In this document: piece after piece, positions 11,891 to 26,200 of the stretch
Layout: the number at the start of each line of letters is the position of its first letter
Numbering within the stretch: the first letter of the stretch is position 1
Position numbers and translations under genes: made by a program
DNA from: Phoronis australis
Taxonomy: Eukaryota; Animalia; Phoronida
Direction of reading: 5' to 3'
DNA length: 64,000 nt
Assembly (NCBI GenBank): GCA_002633005.1
Contig: NMRA01000047.1
Location: forward strand, 250,913-314,912
The notes under the pieces: generated by a model
Told to the model about the DNA's origin: nothing
The model's database searches: none
The model's input: the letters and a program-made list of their open reading frames with translations, nothing else

Positions 11891-14800
11891 CTATCTCCAC
11901 AAAGATGCTTTGAGTCATCTCAAAGCTACACTTATTTTGATGAAGTATTGATTTTGTATTTTTCGAAGTATGCTTAAAGCATTTCATTGGTTGCAGTATT
12001 GTGTAATGTTGGGATTTTCTCTCTCAAATTCTATTTCCATTGTTTCCATAACCTTCGATTTTGTTGCTCTGTTAGTTCTCCTAATTCCTCTTGGTCCCAG
12101 AGTCTTGACAAAGAAGTATGCTGAAATCATCTTAGATACTTGGTCAGCTGTTAAACTTAAAAAAAACCCGGTGACTACTTGTTTTTTTATTCCATTGACA
12201 AGCCAACCCTCAGTACTAAATTCTAAAGTGTTAAGTGTGCTTAACCCTCGCAGTTGCTACTTGTTGACTGACTATGGAAAACCAGAAATTTACTATATTC
12301 AAGCTTGAAAAAGTCATGAAAATGAAAAAACTTTGCTGAAATTGTAAGACAATTGGTGGAATTTTTTCAAGACGGATGAAAACTCACATTTTTTGAATAT
12401 CGGGAGTTCAGGGATTCAACTAGCAATGACTATACAATGCAGAATATAAATCTTGGAAAAGCGAAGAAAACCCATATAAAAAAATCCCAATATTCCTTGG
12501 CATGTCCATGAGGAAATTAACATGCGATTTGACATCAACTCCCTTATAAATGATGTATTATTTATTCATGTTGTTTTCCTAATGATATGTGCCAATGTTC
12601 CTCCTTTGCGTCTTTGATCTACCATCCAAACCATCCAGTGAGTTGTCATAGAAACAGTCTTGCTTTGGCATGGTTGGCGATAAAGCTTCAACTGACAGAC
12701 AGTTGAAGCAGATGAAATGTGCAGGATATTTATGTTGTTGTAAATGGCTGCTTACATTTATATTAAGCTTTTGTCACTCCCACCATGTCGCTTGAGCATT
12801 ATGCCTCACAACTCTGGGCTGTAGACCAATTGGTATGCAATACTTACAAACAATCGGTCTTTACCTGTGTTTTAAAAAGTGGCAATGCTCAGAAAAAAAT
12901 GAAAAACTGCTGCGTGTGTTCTTTATTTTCATTTCCTTGTTCCACAAGTGGTACAAGAACCAGTTAGCATGTCTAATGATAATGTTCATGCTTTGCACTT
13001 CAAAGAACCTGGGATTGGTTTTATATGCTGGTAATGAAATAGCAAAATATTGGGCATAATTCTTCTGCATAAAATCAAGGCATCTGCGAATACTATACTG
13101 TCTACAGTATACCAATACCATACTAGCCATAAATTAGACCCAGTTTGAACGCTGTAACTTCATGGTAGTAGCGTCACAATTCCACTAAAAATTCCAGTGA
13201 TTTCTATTGGCAAATTGTTTGAGCTACGTACCTTCCAGCTTTGATGGAATAGTTTCGGTCTCTAAATGTTCGTGATTGCACAGATATAACAATTTCAAAT
13301 CGAGACCGCTGCTTTTTGAAACATCCTGTGCTGACTCATTACAACTTAATTGCAAGTATCGGGTTGCATATAATTATACAAGTTTTATGGGTACCGATTT
13401 TTGCCACAAGGTGTCTCTGCGTGCATGATCAACACACAAGCTTAACATGCTGTTCTTTCTCACAGCTGGCCTGGCAAGTGAACCTGAGCTTGGATTAATG
13501 CAAGACAAAGACATCAGTGGATGTGGCTTATTGCATGCATGTACATTGTGCACCAATGCATGTCTCTGTTGTGGAGCTTATACGAGACTTATTGGCAAAT
13601 CCCTGCCTCCATTGCACACACAATCCTCTCATAACCTTTAGCTGAAGGAAGGTGGGGTTCAGTTGGCTGCCAATTGTCAAATTGACAAGTGTGATAAGAG
13701 ATGATTGAGATATTGTGATGCTATGTTTGTTTTAGTTAATGCATAATTTGTTTTTGTGTTTACATTAGTGATGCTGGCCATTCTAGTCTATGTAGGTCAC
13801 ATTAATTATGCTATAGGCATGCAATGTTTACCACACAAGCATTTGGTTCTTATAATTGCCAATAGGAGTTGGTGAAGCTGTGAGAAGTCATACAAGTTTG
13901 ATAGTTATTGCTGCATAATGATCCCTGTTTTGTGTTTTTTAAGATCTTGAGTCTGTGTCTTAGTTTTCATCATGTTAAGAGGTCTGATGTCTCTGACATT
14001 TAAAATTCATAACTTGGTAAATGTGAAGGATCGTGTTAATTTTGTGGTGCCAGCGGAATGAGTCATGATGGTAGAGCGGAAAAACCCTCAGGGGTTTCAG
14101 TGTAAGTTGATGCATAATTTAATCTCATTTTTTTGTTTATGTTTCTGTGAATGACCCTGTCATGTGTTGATATAAGCATTTTCATTTTGTCTTTAAACTG
14201 AAAAAACAAGTCTGTGTGTAAATAGTGATTGTTTGCTATTTGCCATTTGGAATATCATTATTGTGACAGTAGTAAAACCAACATATAGATACAAAGACAG
14301 TCAGTGCTGGCTAAAGTTGACATTTTAACGCATATTTTATGATAAATTGTTCTTGGTTTGTGTGGTGTATGAGGTGCTACATATCGGAAATTCCAGTCAG
14401 TGAACAGAGGAGCTCCTAATCCCAAAATAGTACATGAGCAGGCTTGGTGCTGATAGGGAATGTTAATTTTCAGTGAGCAGCATTGGGCTGAATGTCACAA
14501 CTGAATACCTCCAGTGCACTAGAGTGCCACTCCATTGCTTTGCTGTTTTCCTTTTGCCATGTCATCATACCACTAGGTGGCACTGTGCATACTACATAAA
14601 AGTTATATTAAAATGTGTCAGCTTTAACTTTCCTTAAGTTAATTTTTATTGAATTTTGGACCATGAAGGCAACATTTTATAAACCTCTTGAATTTTCAAA
14701 ATTGACTCTGAGTCCATGTCCAAAAGGTGCTACAAGAAATGTAAGGGATGACCAATGATATCGTGTCGGTCTGTCAGACGTAATTACTACACCTGTTGTA

Positions 14801-15560
14801 AATATTCTTCAGTTTGGGTCAAAATATGGAAAACAGGTGAATTTTCATTTGGCAATGGCAACAAAAATGGCCCATCAGGAAAACTTACTCTGGTTTTAAT
14901 TGGATTTATGTGTTATAACCATGACCAAAAACACATAGATAGCAATTTTCTGCAAAGTAAAAATGGCCATTTTCACAATGACTTTTTAGAATTTTTGTTG
15001 TAGTCATTGTGAAGGCATGCCGACGATGAATCTATGTAATGTGAAACGTTGTTGATTTCACCTGCAAACAATGTTAACAAGTCCTTGTAAGAGTCTTTGT
15101 CACATTTTAACTGCAGAGCTAGAATATAAATTTTGTGTGAATTGTACTAGATTTTGTGCCAAATAGTAAATGAGACTGTGTTAATTTTCTTCTATGTGTG
15201 TCGAGTGTGCCAAATAGATTTTTAAAAATATTTTTATTAAATGTAAACTATGGGAAGTGTGACGAGTACCAACATGGCAGCGTTTGTATTCAAAATGTAC
15301 CAGTCACAAGGTATCAGTTTCCCTTGCTATACACTACAGTTGAAGAATGGTGGCAGAGAGCCAAAGCTCCGATGTCTGGAGGTCACCTGCACCCTCCACA
15401 GGGACGTAGTGCATACATCAGATGTCCATTTCCATCTGCAGAAATGTGTTGTATCATTTGCTTGTCAAAATATTTGTTACCTGTACAGCACTGTTTCAAT
15501 AAGGTACAGAGCTATACTGTTTAATAGGAAAATATTTGGGAGATGTGCTTGGTAATGCTG

Positions 15561-15576
15561 AAATAAAATTTTATTT
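15561..15576. promoter_or_regulatory. Palindromic AAATAAAATTTTATTT giving AATAAA on both strands; candidate poly(A) signal between the convergent genes
   Basis: AATAAA on + at 15562-15567 and on - at 15575-15570; GT-rich tract on + at about 15611-15636. Confidence 0.45.
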
Positions 15577-18500
15577 TCTAGGTTTTACACCAAAATCTAT
15601 TCACATTCTATTTGGTCATTGTTGTCTGCTTGTTTGAAGGTTCTGATTGCAATTTGCTCGTTTGCCAGAAGCCAGCAGTGACAAGGTTTCATAGCTGTTC
15701 AAGTTGGTCCAGCTTCAATGCAGGGCCCCTTTTCAGCCAAGGTCATCAATTCGGTCTTAGCTAAAATGGTTGTGACTTGCAATGTAGTTTTTTTCCTTAC
15801 AACCCAGTAACCTGGCTCGTGAAGGCTGCCTTAAAGTCTAAAATTAATGAGAAAAAATTGTCAACTATACATCACTTGTCCTTTTAAAAACGCAGTCATG
15901 TTTACAATAACTTATATGTACCTCCAATCTTCTTAGCTATGACCAGACTTGTGACCTTTTATAAAACGGACCCATGAAGTTTGACTTAAGAATTCTTTAT
16001 GTGTTTAGCCACAAAAGGGAACAGGGCATACAATTAACATTTGATACCATTCTCTTTATTCTACTTGAAGTAGTCAGCTATGATAAAAGTTAGCGACAAA
16101 TGACATCAATATCTTACAGCCTACTACAGTAATGCATTCGTGAGCAAGATGAACTGACACAGAAAGCATAATCATAACTACATGCAAGATTCACAGGGAC
16201 TTTCGGAGTTTGAATTCCGGCTAACATTCACTTCATGTAAACGAAACCTTGATAAGCACGATAAGAGTAACGGGCAATAATCCGGAGCTCTGTAAAAAAC
16301 CTACCGTCTTGACGACATTTATTGTTATAAAAATAACCTCGTTCATTATTCAGATTAGAAACGATTTCTGGCAGGTTGTTATTTGCTTCGGGCCACACCC
16401 ATTACAGCTGGTTGTCAAGGCGACTTGGTTTTAGTGGCACTGGGAATTCCAGGCAATGTATATAAACCAATTTCTGTTCAAAGCGGATTAGAGCTTTGAG
16501 ACATTGCTTTGGAGAGGCAAAAACAACGGAGGAAAAAGTTGAGGTTTTTAACACAAAAAGTGGCTTTAAAACATTTCGCTGTCAAACTGTATTAAAAACA
16601 TTTGACAAAATTATTTTTTGAGAAACAAACCCAGCTCAAATCGACACAATTCACAAAATGAGTAGGTCAGAATTCTCCAGGTACTGCTAATGAAACAACA
16701 AGCTCACATGAGTTGTGGAAGTGTGGAAGTGTTATCGCATAAATGTCTGCTGGGGAACAGCTCTCTTGTGTTATTCTAGTCGGATGAAAAATGATTCTTC
16801 ATTGGCCTCTCATACTAGATAGCTAGTCACCCATTCCAGTAAATAGCACTGACAGTTAATCTTTACCCCAGTCTTGCTAACATTTCAATTCAAAGTTGTA
16901 CTGATATATAACAGTACATATAAAAGCAATAATTACAATAATTTGCTATCGTCACAGCCAAAAGTTTTAGGAAACCATAAACAATCAAATAGACAACTTG
17001 AAATTTATTGATGTTGGTCAACATTTTACTAAAACATTCTAAATTATATCATCTAAAAAGATTAAAATATGCATTAAATAAAACAAAAATGTCAAATCAG
17101 ACCAAGCAATAAGGACGGTAATCCAGGATATGTGAATAATGCAGCTAATCAGACAATTTTTTCATAAAGCATAAATTGTGGAAATTGTACCCAAGCATTC
17201 ACAATAGAAGTTAAAGACTGAAAAATGAAAAACACTGCTTTTTCAAATTACTTTTTACAGGAATTCATGAAATTTCAGACACTTCAAGGTCTTCAAAATT
17301 TTTTCGATAGTGATGGAATACTACCTGGTGCCATCTACAGGGCAAAATGTGAAATTGTAGAGTACTGAACTTCGGTGCCTTCTACTGTAAAACAAAAAGA
17401 AAATTAGTAATCACTGGCTAGGCTACTGTGGTGCTATTTGAAAACCTGAGTGTCCATTACAAAAAGGCTGCAATATACATCTACAAAAATTATCAACAAA
17501 ACATGAGATTGCTGTGTTTTTCAAATTTAAATTAAAATAGTTTTTGATATGCAGTACAGTGAGTTCGATGACATCATTTTGGCTCGGCAACAGGCATGAT
17601 ATTATGGGATAAAGTGTAGCACTAAAAATGAAATTGGAAGACAATAAATGACAAAAACAGTGCTTTACATGTGCCTCTAATAGAGGGCAGGATCAACCAA
17701 AGAGGCACCTGCAGCTACACAGTCACACTGCAGGGGCTTGTTTAACAAAAAAAATTGACTTGCTTTTTAGTTGCAGCTGCATATACAAACAAGTATCCAA
17801 TCTAATTGAACAACCTTAATAATAGTTAACTATATTTTATCAAGGACTGCACTGTCAAATTGTTTTCAGGAATCTACTCCATCAACAATTAGCCTTACAC
17901 TTAATGTTCCTAGTTTCCTGTAGGAAATAATCTGTCAAAGATATAACGTTCCTGCAATTTGAGAACCATTTTTTCCATTGAATAGTACACACCAACTGAT
18001 TCTCAAAATGTGGCACAGAATACTAGACTACTTACTTCCTTTACAAGGACTTAGTTAGCAAACGATAAAATATTAGGCTACAGTTAAACACCATCTTGAG
18101 AAACAAGCCAACTGAATATAACAGAGTTGAAGTTGCTACCATAATAATATTCTAATTCTGTCATCATTTACACAAATAAAAATGTTACAACACCAATTCT
18201 CCTCTGTATCTCAGACATGACAATTACAATTTGTACCTTCATTTCAAAAGTTAAAACTGACATACTAAACCATATTACCTAAAACGTTAACTTTTGAGTC
18301 AGGCCACTGACCAAAATAAGACTCCTCTTAAACTTGTTCCTGATTTCATGATTTGTGGCCCGACTCAATACGTTACATCATCAGACGTCATGGGCACCAG
18401 AATTCTCTCAAGTACAAACAAATTGTAGGCAATTCACAAATCAAAAATCACTTCCTGAAACAAATGGAGGCCATTTAATCTTTATGGACCTAAGTGGTCA

Positions 18501-19144
18501 AAGATCTCTTCAATCACAAGGTAGGCTCATATCAACTTTAACTACAGGAGGGGCCCAGGTAAGTATGTGATACAATTTGACGTGCCAAAATTAATGCAAA
18601 AATGAAGTTCCACGACAACACCCATTACAATAAAAATCATCAACTCAAATTGTATCACTTTAATTTCTAACGTTCTTTTATCCAGCCATCACTGCCATAG
18701 CTGCAACGACTAAAGCACAAAAACTACCCCGCTGCAATAAAATCAAGTATAAAAATACCAACAGAATCAACAGGTGCCATTTGTTCACCTTAAGATTTTC
18801 TAATTAAAATTTATCCTTGTTCATTGCACAATAGTATCTAAGGCCTACACACCAAATAACTCCCATAGAATATCAGTGATGACTTAACACATCTCATTCA
18901 TTCACATCCCCAAATCTCAACAAATAACCATTACATCCAAGTTCACTTCCCATATGGTGCACTGTCCATGTACAATCAGAAATATCTCGGTACAATTAAG
19001 CTTAATAATTAACATACCACTAAAATACTTAAGTTTAATAGGTTTAATATATTTTATTTGAATAAAAATTGGTTAAACACTAGGCAGTGTTGTCTGCTCA
19101 CAATTTTAATGGATGCTGACACAAACTCGTGTTATACTGTAGTG

Positions 19145-19147
<3 letters not shown>

Positions 19148-19180
<33 letters not shown>
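19148..19180. repeat. (GA)n microsatellite in the presumed Fe65 3'UTR
   Basis: About 16 uninterrupted GA units. Confidence 0.95.
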
Positions 19181-19182
<2 letters not shown>

Positions 19183-20114
19183 CATTAAAATTGTAAATAG
19201 ACAACACTACCATGTGTTTAACCAATTCTGCCAACAGGAGGTACTACTGTTAAACTACTCCAAATTGTATAAAATATAATCTACCACTAAATGAACTTGG
19301 AGTATAAAATCTCATTTCCATTGAGCATTGATCTATGTAAGAAATAAAAATTTCAAGTACTGTTTCATTTCAGGACCCATTGTTGAAGTTTTTAATCTTG
19401 TCATACTGATTTCTATCAACAAAATATCGCTCTCAATGTAGATAAGGCAAATGTTTTATAAGGTTACAAAACTCCCAATTACAATAACGAAATGAAAGTA
19501 TAGTCAATTCCATTGCTGGATGATTTTTTAAGATCCAGGACTTGATCACGTTACCCTCTGCTAATATCAAATGAAATATGATATCAGCAGCATTCTCAAA
19601 CCAGCAAAGATCACTCCAACCACCACTGAGAATGCGAGAGTGAGATTCATAATAATGTACATTAAAGGAGAAAATAGCTGACACGTAATAATGGCTCAAG
19701 GCAAACAAAAAAGAAAAGAAAAAGAATGATGTTATGTTGCATACTTGGTACTATACAAGACCTACTAATCACTACTAACATGTAACTAAAATGGTTGAAT
19801 AATAACATGGCTTGTGTTGACACAAATGTAATATAAGTACGACAAAACCCAAAACACGCCATGCGTTAAATTTTGTTGACACATAGGTGAGAAAGTGACA
19901 AACTTGAACACCCTTCCTTGTCTGTTCACACGCTGAATTTCCCTCATATCAACACGATGAAAAGCTATACTGAGTAAAGGTTATCAGTTCATTCAACAAA
20001 TTATTCTGACTGTAAGCACCTCCCTTTACTTCAGGAGTTACTCATCCAGAGTTTTCTTAAAATACTGTACATTCTCGTTCAAAATAATATAATGCAGGAT
20101 CAAGTCACGACTTA

Positions 20115-20261
20115 TCATAAGGACCACTTGTTGCGAGCCTTGGACAGAGCTGTCTGCATCCCTCCGAACACATTGGACACACCCTGTTTCAAGTGGTTAC
20201 CAATATGGCCAATTTTCTCTCTTCTACCATTAGGTGGCAATGCCGGTGCTTGTGGTTCCAC
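20115..20261 (-). CDS. APBB2: Fe65 terminal exon A, VEPQAPALPP...LKQGVSNVFGGMQTALSKARNKWSL*
   Basis: CTTCTGCAG acceptor in phase 0, TGA at 20117-20115. KQGV resembles the vertebrate APBB C-terminal KRGV. Confidence 0.8.
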   Translation of the reverse strand: MEPQAPALPPNGRREKIGHIGNHLKQGVSNVFGGMQTALSKARNKWSL

Positions 20262-23200
20262 CTGCAGAAGGTAAATTGATAAGTTTAAGATGAAAACAGG
20301 ATAAAAACTGATACTTTTAAGTTTAAAAACACAAATTTAACCCACAAAAGGTAAGGCAATTGATAAGATAAACAGTATCAGTTGTCTAAGCCACTCATCA
20401 TATACTTGACTGGTTGATGGGTTGGTCTAATGTTTAAATTGACACTTTTTCCTTAAGCCCCTCCCACATCTGCCTGAAGACCTTGTAGCCCATTGCACAA
20501 GCACTGTTGTCAGGGAGTGGTCACCCCTACTGCCAAAAATGTCCATCTAACACTGTTTTGGATACCCACAAATTTTCAAACCTTTGCCTGATGGTGGCAG
20601 TGGTATAAAACATAGAAAAACATTCAATTAGGTGCTGCATACACTGCATGTTATAGCTTTTTTCTGATGGTGATTTTATAACTGAAAGTCGACGGCGAAT
20701 GATTTTGCTGTCATATATTATTTACCCCTAAACACTACAATTGTTCTGATCCAAAATGATTATGTGCAAATATTTTTTTGAAAATTTTACAGAAAAAATG
20801 TCAGTCCCAAGAAAGTCAGCGAGCTGCTAATAACAGTTTAAAACTGTGACACTATTTATACCAAAATACATTATTTTGACCTGAAATCCTTATGTCCACA
20901 TATTGAACAACTATCAGGAGTCAATTCTCAAGAAAGCAAGTGTCACAATAAGGAGTAAATAAACAGTAAAACACATCAAACACATTTAGCAACACTCTGA
21001 AATGAAACGGTTATATTCTAGCGGCCAAACGAACATCAATCTCAGCACATATTTCTCATATCTATGGGATTTAATTTCCTTCGGTCAGGCACAGTATATT
21101 CCAGTCCTGCTAACAAAAGAGAACCAATGATACAACATTGGAAGGATAGTTAAAGGACTTCATGAGAGACAGCAGTTCGAACAGTACATTAAAGCATGAC
21201 CTAATCTACAGCTTGGCACTAGGGGGCAGGAGTGTGATGGTTACTACTAGCGGGGCAATCCACTAACAAGACAATATCTGTTCTCGACATGTGGTAACAT
21301 CTCACCAATTTCTGACAAAAATAATTGCGAAAATTACCCTTTTTACATTGTTCAAGGTCTTAACAGTGTTGTGAATGTCCACATTTCAAAATGTTTTATG
21401 ATGACAGCTATGATACAGAACTTAAGAATTAATTTGATGCTACAGATTTTTATGAAAAACAAGAAAAGAAATTGACTTGTCGATCACTCTGTGTCTGGAA
21501 TTGATGAAATGTTACTATAATATGGTAGAAATAAGAGCTTTCAGTTTATGTTCTTAAAAGAATGAAACGTAAGAAATTTTGATGTTCGACTGTTGATAAC
21601 ACAGTTTCTATAGACAAGTACAGATGTCGCTAGGCAACACTGGGTACATTTCTAAGCATTTGCAGCGATGGCATAAGCCTGGAAAATAGCATTTTGTCCA
21701 TTTTTGTTCGACCATTTTGAAAATGTATTCAATGCAAAATTTACAATTAAGCAAAGCAAACTAAGAAATCTCCATTATGCAGACATTGAGTCATTATTTA
21801 TAACTCAGTACTACAATGAATTAGTTATCATAGCAACAGTGAACACTACAACTTGAAGCTATGGTGATACTGATAACATGCAAATTATTTACCAGACCAG
21901 ACAACACTTCAACGACACATCTAAAGGCTGGGGTGCGCTGATAACATGCTTTTTACCAGACCACAACAGCCAATACCAAGACTACACCTACAGGCTGTGT
22001 GCTGATAAAAGGCCTATTACCAGAGCACATTGTGCAGTCATTATGAAGACTATGCCTCGGGAATTAAGCATGCCTAATAACATGGCCATTACCAGAGCAC
22101 ACTGATCATTATAAAGACTATGTCTACTGGCTTGAATGTTCTGATAAAATACTCATTACCAGCTAAATAATGAATCATTATTGAAACTCAGACTAGTGTG
22201 CGCAGATAACATGCCCATTACTAGACCACACCAGTAATCAGGGACATTACAAACACAGGTTGGGAACATAACTATAACACAAAGGGATCTACAAGACTAC
22301 AACTAGTGGCTGCGGGGGATGCAGATGACATGCCTACTACCTGGCCACACTAGCAGGCAGCTGCTTTCCTGCCTTTCCACAGACCAAATATGTTCTCGAC
22401 ACTAGAGCGGATACTGGCACCGAGACCCTGGGTTAGCGAGAGACACACACACACTCTACTTATGAGACAGCATATAAAACACAGACTTAGAATCCTATTT
22501 GTTAGCTATATAATTGATATAATTGAATGTTTTAACAGCAGCATTTCTGAAGTCTTCAGCGAAATGAATTGTGGGAAATCATAAATTTGTATGCGACTGT
22601 TGAAAACCATGTTGCCAAGAGATTAATTTAATGACATCCTAAAATTACTGGTCACATCATTTCTATTTTCATCACCCTCCAGCCTACTAACATTGGCAAG
22701 AAGTTTCAGTCGGTCATTTTTCCAGCAATCTTTGAGTGTTACAGTCTACTTACAAGAACAAGCACTGGGAACGAGCATGGGTTTGCGATACTCATGGTGG
22801 TCAGTGAGGAGAAGAATTTTTCAATTTTTTCGGATTTTTTTACTCATCATTGACCAAATTGTCATGCCAATATAACAAGACTAGAGGCTGGTGAAACAAG
22901 ACAAATTAAATATATTTCAGAAATGGATAGATCAGTCACATTACATCGAGCACCAATCCTCCCAGAGATGCCTACTCTGGGATGTACACGCCTCAGTTAT
23001 CGTCCGTCCATAAAACTGCCATGGGTGCTGCACACAACCTTACGGTACATGTTAAATAAAGAACTACGAGGCAACAAGAAGGAACAGCCACTGTATTAAT
23101 TAAGTCTGTCACCACTGAGATTGAAGAAAATGTCTAAATTAAAGAAATTAAAGTGTTACAATTGAAATGAAACAACTAAAGAGACATTCAATTCCGTCAN

Positions 23201-26200
23201 NNNNNNNNNNNNNNNNNNNNNNNNNNNNNNNNNNNNNNNNNNNNNNNNNNNNNNNNNNNNNNNNNNNNNNNNNNNNNNNNNNNNNNNNNNNNNNNNNNNN
23301 NNNNNNNNNNNNNNNNNNNNNNNNNNNNNNNNNNNNNNNNNNNNNNNNNNNNNNNNNNNNNNNNNNNNNNNNNNNNNNNNNNNNNNNNNNNNNNNNNNNN
23401 NNNNNNNNNNNNNNNNNNNNNNNNNNNNNNNNNNNNNNNNNNNNNNNNNNNNNNNNNNNNNNNNNNNNNNNNNNNNNNNNNNNNNNNNNNNNNNNNNNNN
23501 NNNNNNNNNNNNNNNNNNNNNNNNNNNNNNNNNNNNNNNNNNNNNNNNNAGATCAGTCACATTACATCGAGCACCAATCCTCACAGAGATGCCTACTCTG
23601 GGATGTACACGCCTCAGTTATCGTCCGTCCATAAAACTGCCATGGGTGCTGCACACAACCTTACGGTACATGTTAAATAAAGAACTACGAGGCAACAAGA
23701 AGGAACAGCCACTGTATTAGTTAAGTCTGTCACCACTGAGATTGAAGAAAATGTCTAAATTAAAGAAATTAATGTGTTACAATTGAAATGAAACAACTAA
23801 AGAGACATTCAATTCCGTCAGTTTCGCTTGATGCTTAGACACTACCACCAACTGAAACTGATCAGCTTTTCTAGTTTTGCATGTTCCACCAGAGGCCAGG
23901 TTAATCTGCAAGCCGTTTTCAAAGCTGGTAAATTGTAATGGGCGAAAGTGTCCCACGGAGTTAGCACATTGCAAACAATTACCAAACTAGTAACTTACCA
24001 TATTCCAAGTCATCAAATGTCACAATACCGTCTTCTGGAATATTTATGATTCAATAATCTAGTTTGGTAAAAATATTTCATACACAACCAGGAGTTTAGT
24101 GTCTCTTCAGATGTTTGTTTTTAATATTTAGAGTCCAGTCGTCATGGCCTACCTTAGCTGCCTGTTGCTTTTTCATGTCTGGCGTGGTCGCATGCGCGTC
24201 CAAACATTTCTGATACCTCAGCTGAAATTAATGACAACAAGTGAGGAAAGCGTGCATGGCCAAGAATTAAACTTCAGCAAAAGGCATTCTGACTGGTGGT
24301 ATCTGATTTCAGGATATTCAACTAGTCACAACCAAAGAGCAATAAACAATAATAGTAATGTGAATATTCACCAACATGGAGAACCACAGCCTACAAGAGT
24401 TACAGATATGCATACAAAATATTTAAAATCAATCAATCCTTACACTGGTTACCTATTAATGGTGCTTTGGCCAATTAAGTATATTATGCTCACTTTCAAA
24501 GGTATTCAGGACTTCTTAGTTGATTTTCATAAAAACAGAATAAATAGAGATAACAGCAGGTCAAATACTATATGTCCAAGAGGGTAATGCACCGTTTTGT
24601 CAATTAACATCTACTGTATCTGACATTATCGCTCAAGTCAAACAGCAATTTTTTTATGTAGCAGGGAAGAGAATGAAAATCACTACACAAACAAGGGACC
24701 ATTGAGTAGAGTTATCATTATAACACAAGAGAGACACAGTCATCTTGTTCACACCAGCTGACATTTTGGAAACCTGCTCACTGCACCACATCTCCGGTTG
24801 TAAGAATAATTTTTTGTTAATTTATTTTAGAATATGTTCAAACTAATTTTTACGGCAAGTAAAATGCCTTGAAGTTCACAAAGTACCACTCCCTTATAAA
24901 GCACCAGCGCAAACGCCTCACAAAACTGACGTTGCCTTTTAATGCCCCACCATTCAAGATAAATGTAAAAGCCTACTGTAGTGTCATGAACTCACCTTAC
25001 AAGCTGCCTCTATAGTCTTACACAGGGCCCCAGCTGATGGGTCACAGTGGAACACGTGCGCTACAAACCTATCTTGGGCAGTGTGCATGATGAACGCACA
25101 CATTCTGGAAAGACAAGGTGGGGGTGATGTACAATTATTGCTCTTGAATTACTGCAAGTTAGGACACTGTACGCTTTAACACCTATTAAAGAAACCACAA
25201 CTGTGGGGCATTTGTAAAATATTCATTGTCAATTGCTTTATAATACAAAGGATGCTTCAGCAACCAATGGAAAGATGTTTCCTTTCATTGTGTTAAAGTT
25301 TTTTTTAAACAAATCAGAGAATAATCTGTCATAAAATTTGATCAAAGAAACACAGTGCCAATCAAGAAACAGCACACATTGTGCAGAGAGTGGAAAATGT
25401 GACTTTCCTGCTAGAGATCAGAAAGTACAGAACAGAATAAAATGAGTACACCCTCTTTCAATACATAACAACTATATAAATTTTCCCTGGTAGGAAGTGA
25501 GCGACACAGAGTTAATGACACACAACCTGTAATGACACACTGAGGTCAACCTGATGACATTAGTGTGACATGATCATAATTCACAGAACAACGTCACACA
25601 TTGTCTTTATTCGCTTCACATAAAACTGCTATATACCCGTTTTCTGCCAAAACTATTGACCTCAAACTCTTACAGTATCAACTTGTTTCTTACTCAAATC
25701 AGAAGTGATTTCAGGGCTTGGCAAGGCAGAACTGCAGAATGAATTGAACATAAACTGTAGAAAGGGCTGAGAATCGAGTCTAAGTTGAACATAATCTGCA
25801 GAGAGGGTTGAGAATCAAGTCTAAATTGTCAGCCCAGAGGAATACATTAGAAAAAAATGGCATTTTGTTAGTACTTATGGCCTGGTTCAACAAGGTGGCT
25901 TATCACAGTGGGTCATTTTATGAGACCAGCGGGGACACAAGCAAAAAGTTCCCTCCAAGCCCAAAACTATTCACATGTGTAAGGAACAAGTTGACTTCAG
26001 ATTATAGTCATAAGTGACCTAAATGAAAAGCACCTCAAGTTCGTCGATGATGAGAAAGGATCATCAATTTTAAGTGAAGTTCCAGTGGGTCACACAAGAC
26101 TCCGTGGTTTAACATTAAAGGGTAGTAGGTCAGAACAATAAATACTCACTTGACATTGGCAATGGCAATACCCAGGAAAGACAGGAATCGTACTCTGCAT

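Noticed and set aside
15198-15555. Overlapping ORFs of about 100 aa between the two genes
   Set aside because: No recognisable domain or exon structure; they lie in the presumed NSUN7 3' region.
21071-21106. Possible third Fe65 terminal exon (DWNILCLTEGN*) after a strong-looking acceptor
   Set aside because: No similarity to exon A, exon B or known Fe65 ends; support is limited to the acceptor sequence.
22929-23820. Apparent segmental duplication of about 270 bp
   Set aside because: The copies directly flank an N gap and differ by only a few bases, so unmerged haplotype contig ends are the likelier cause.
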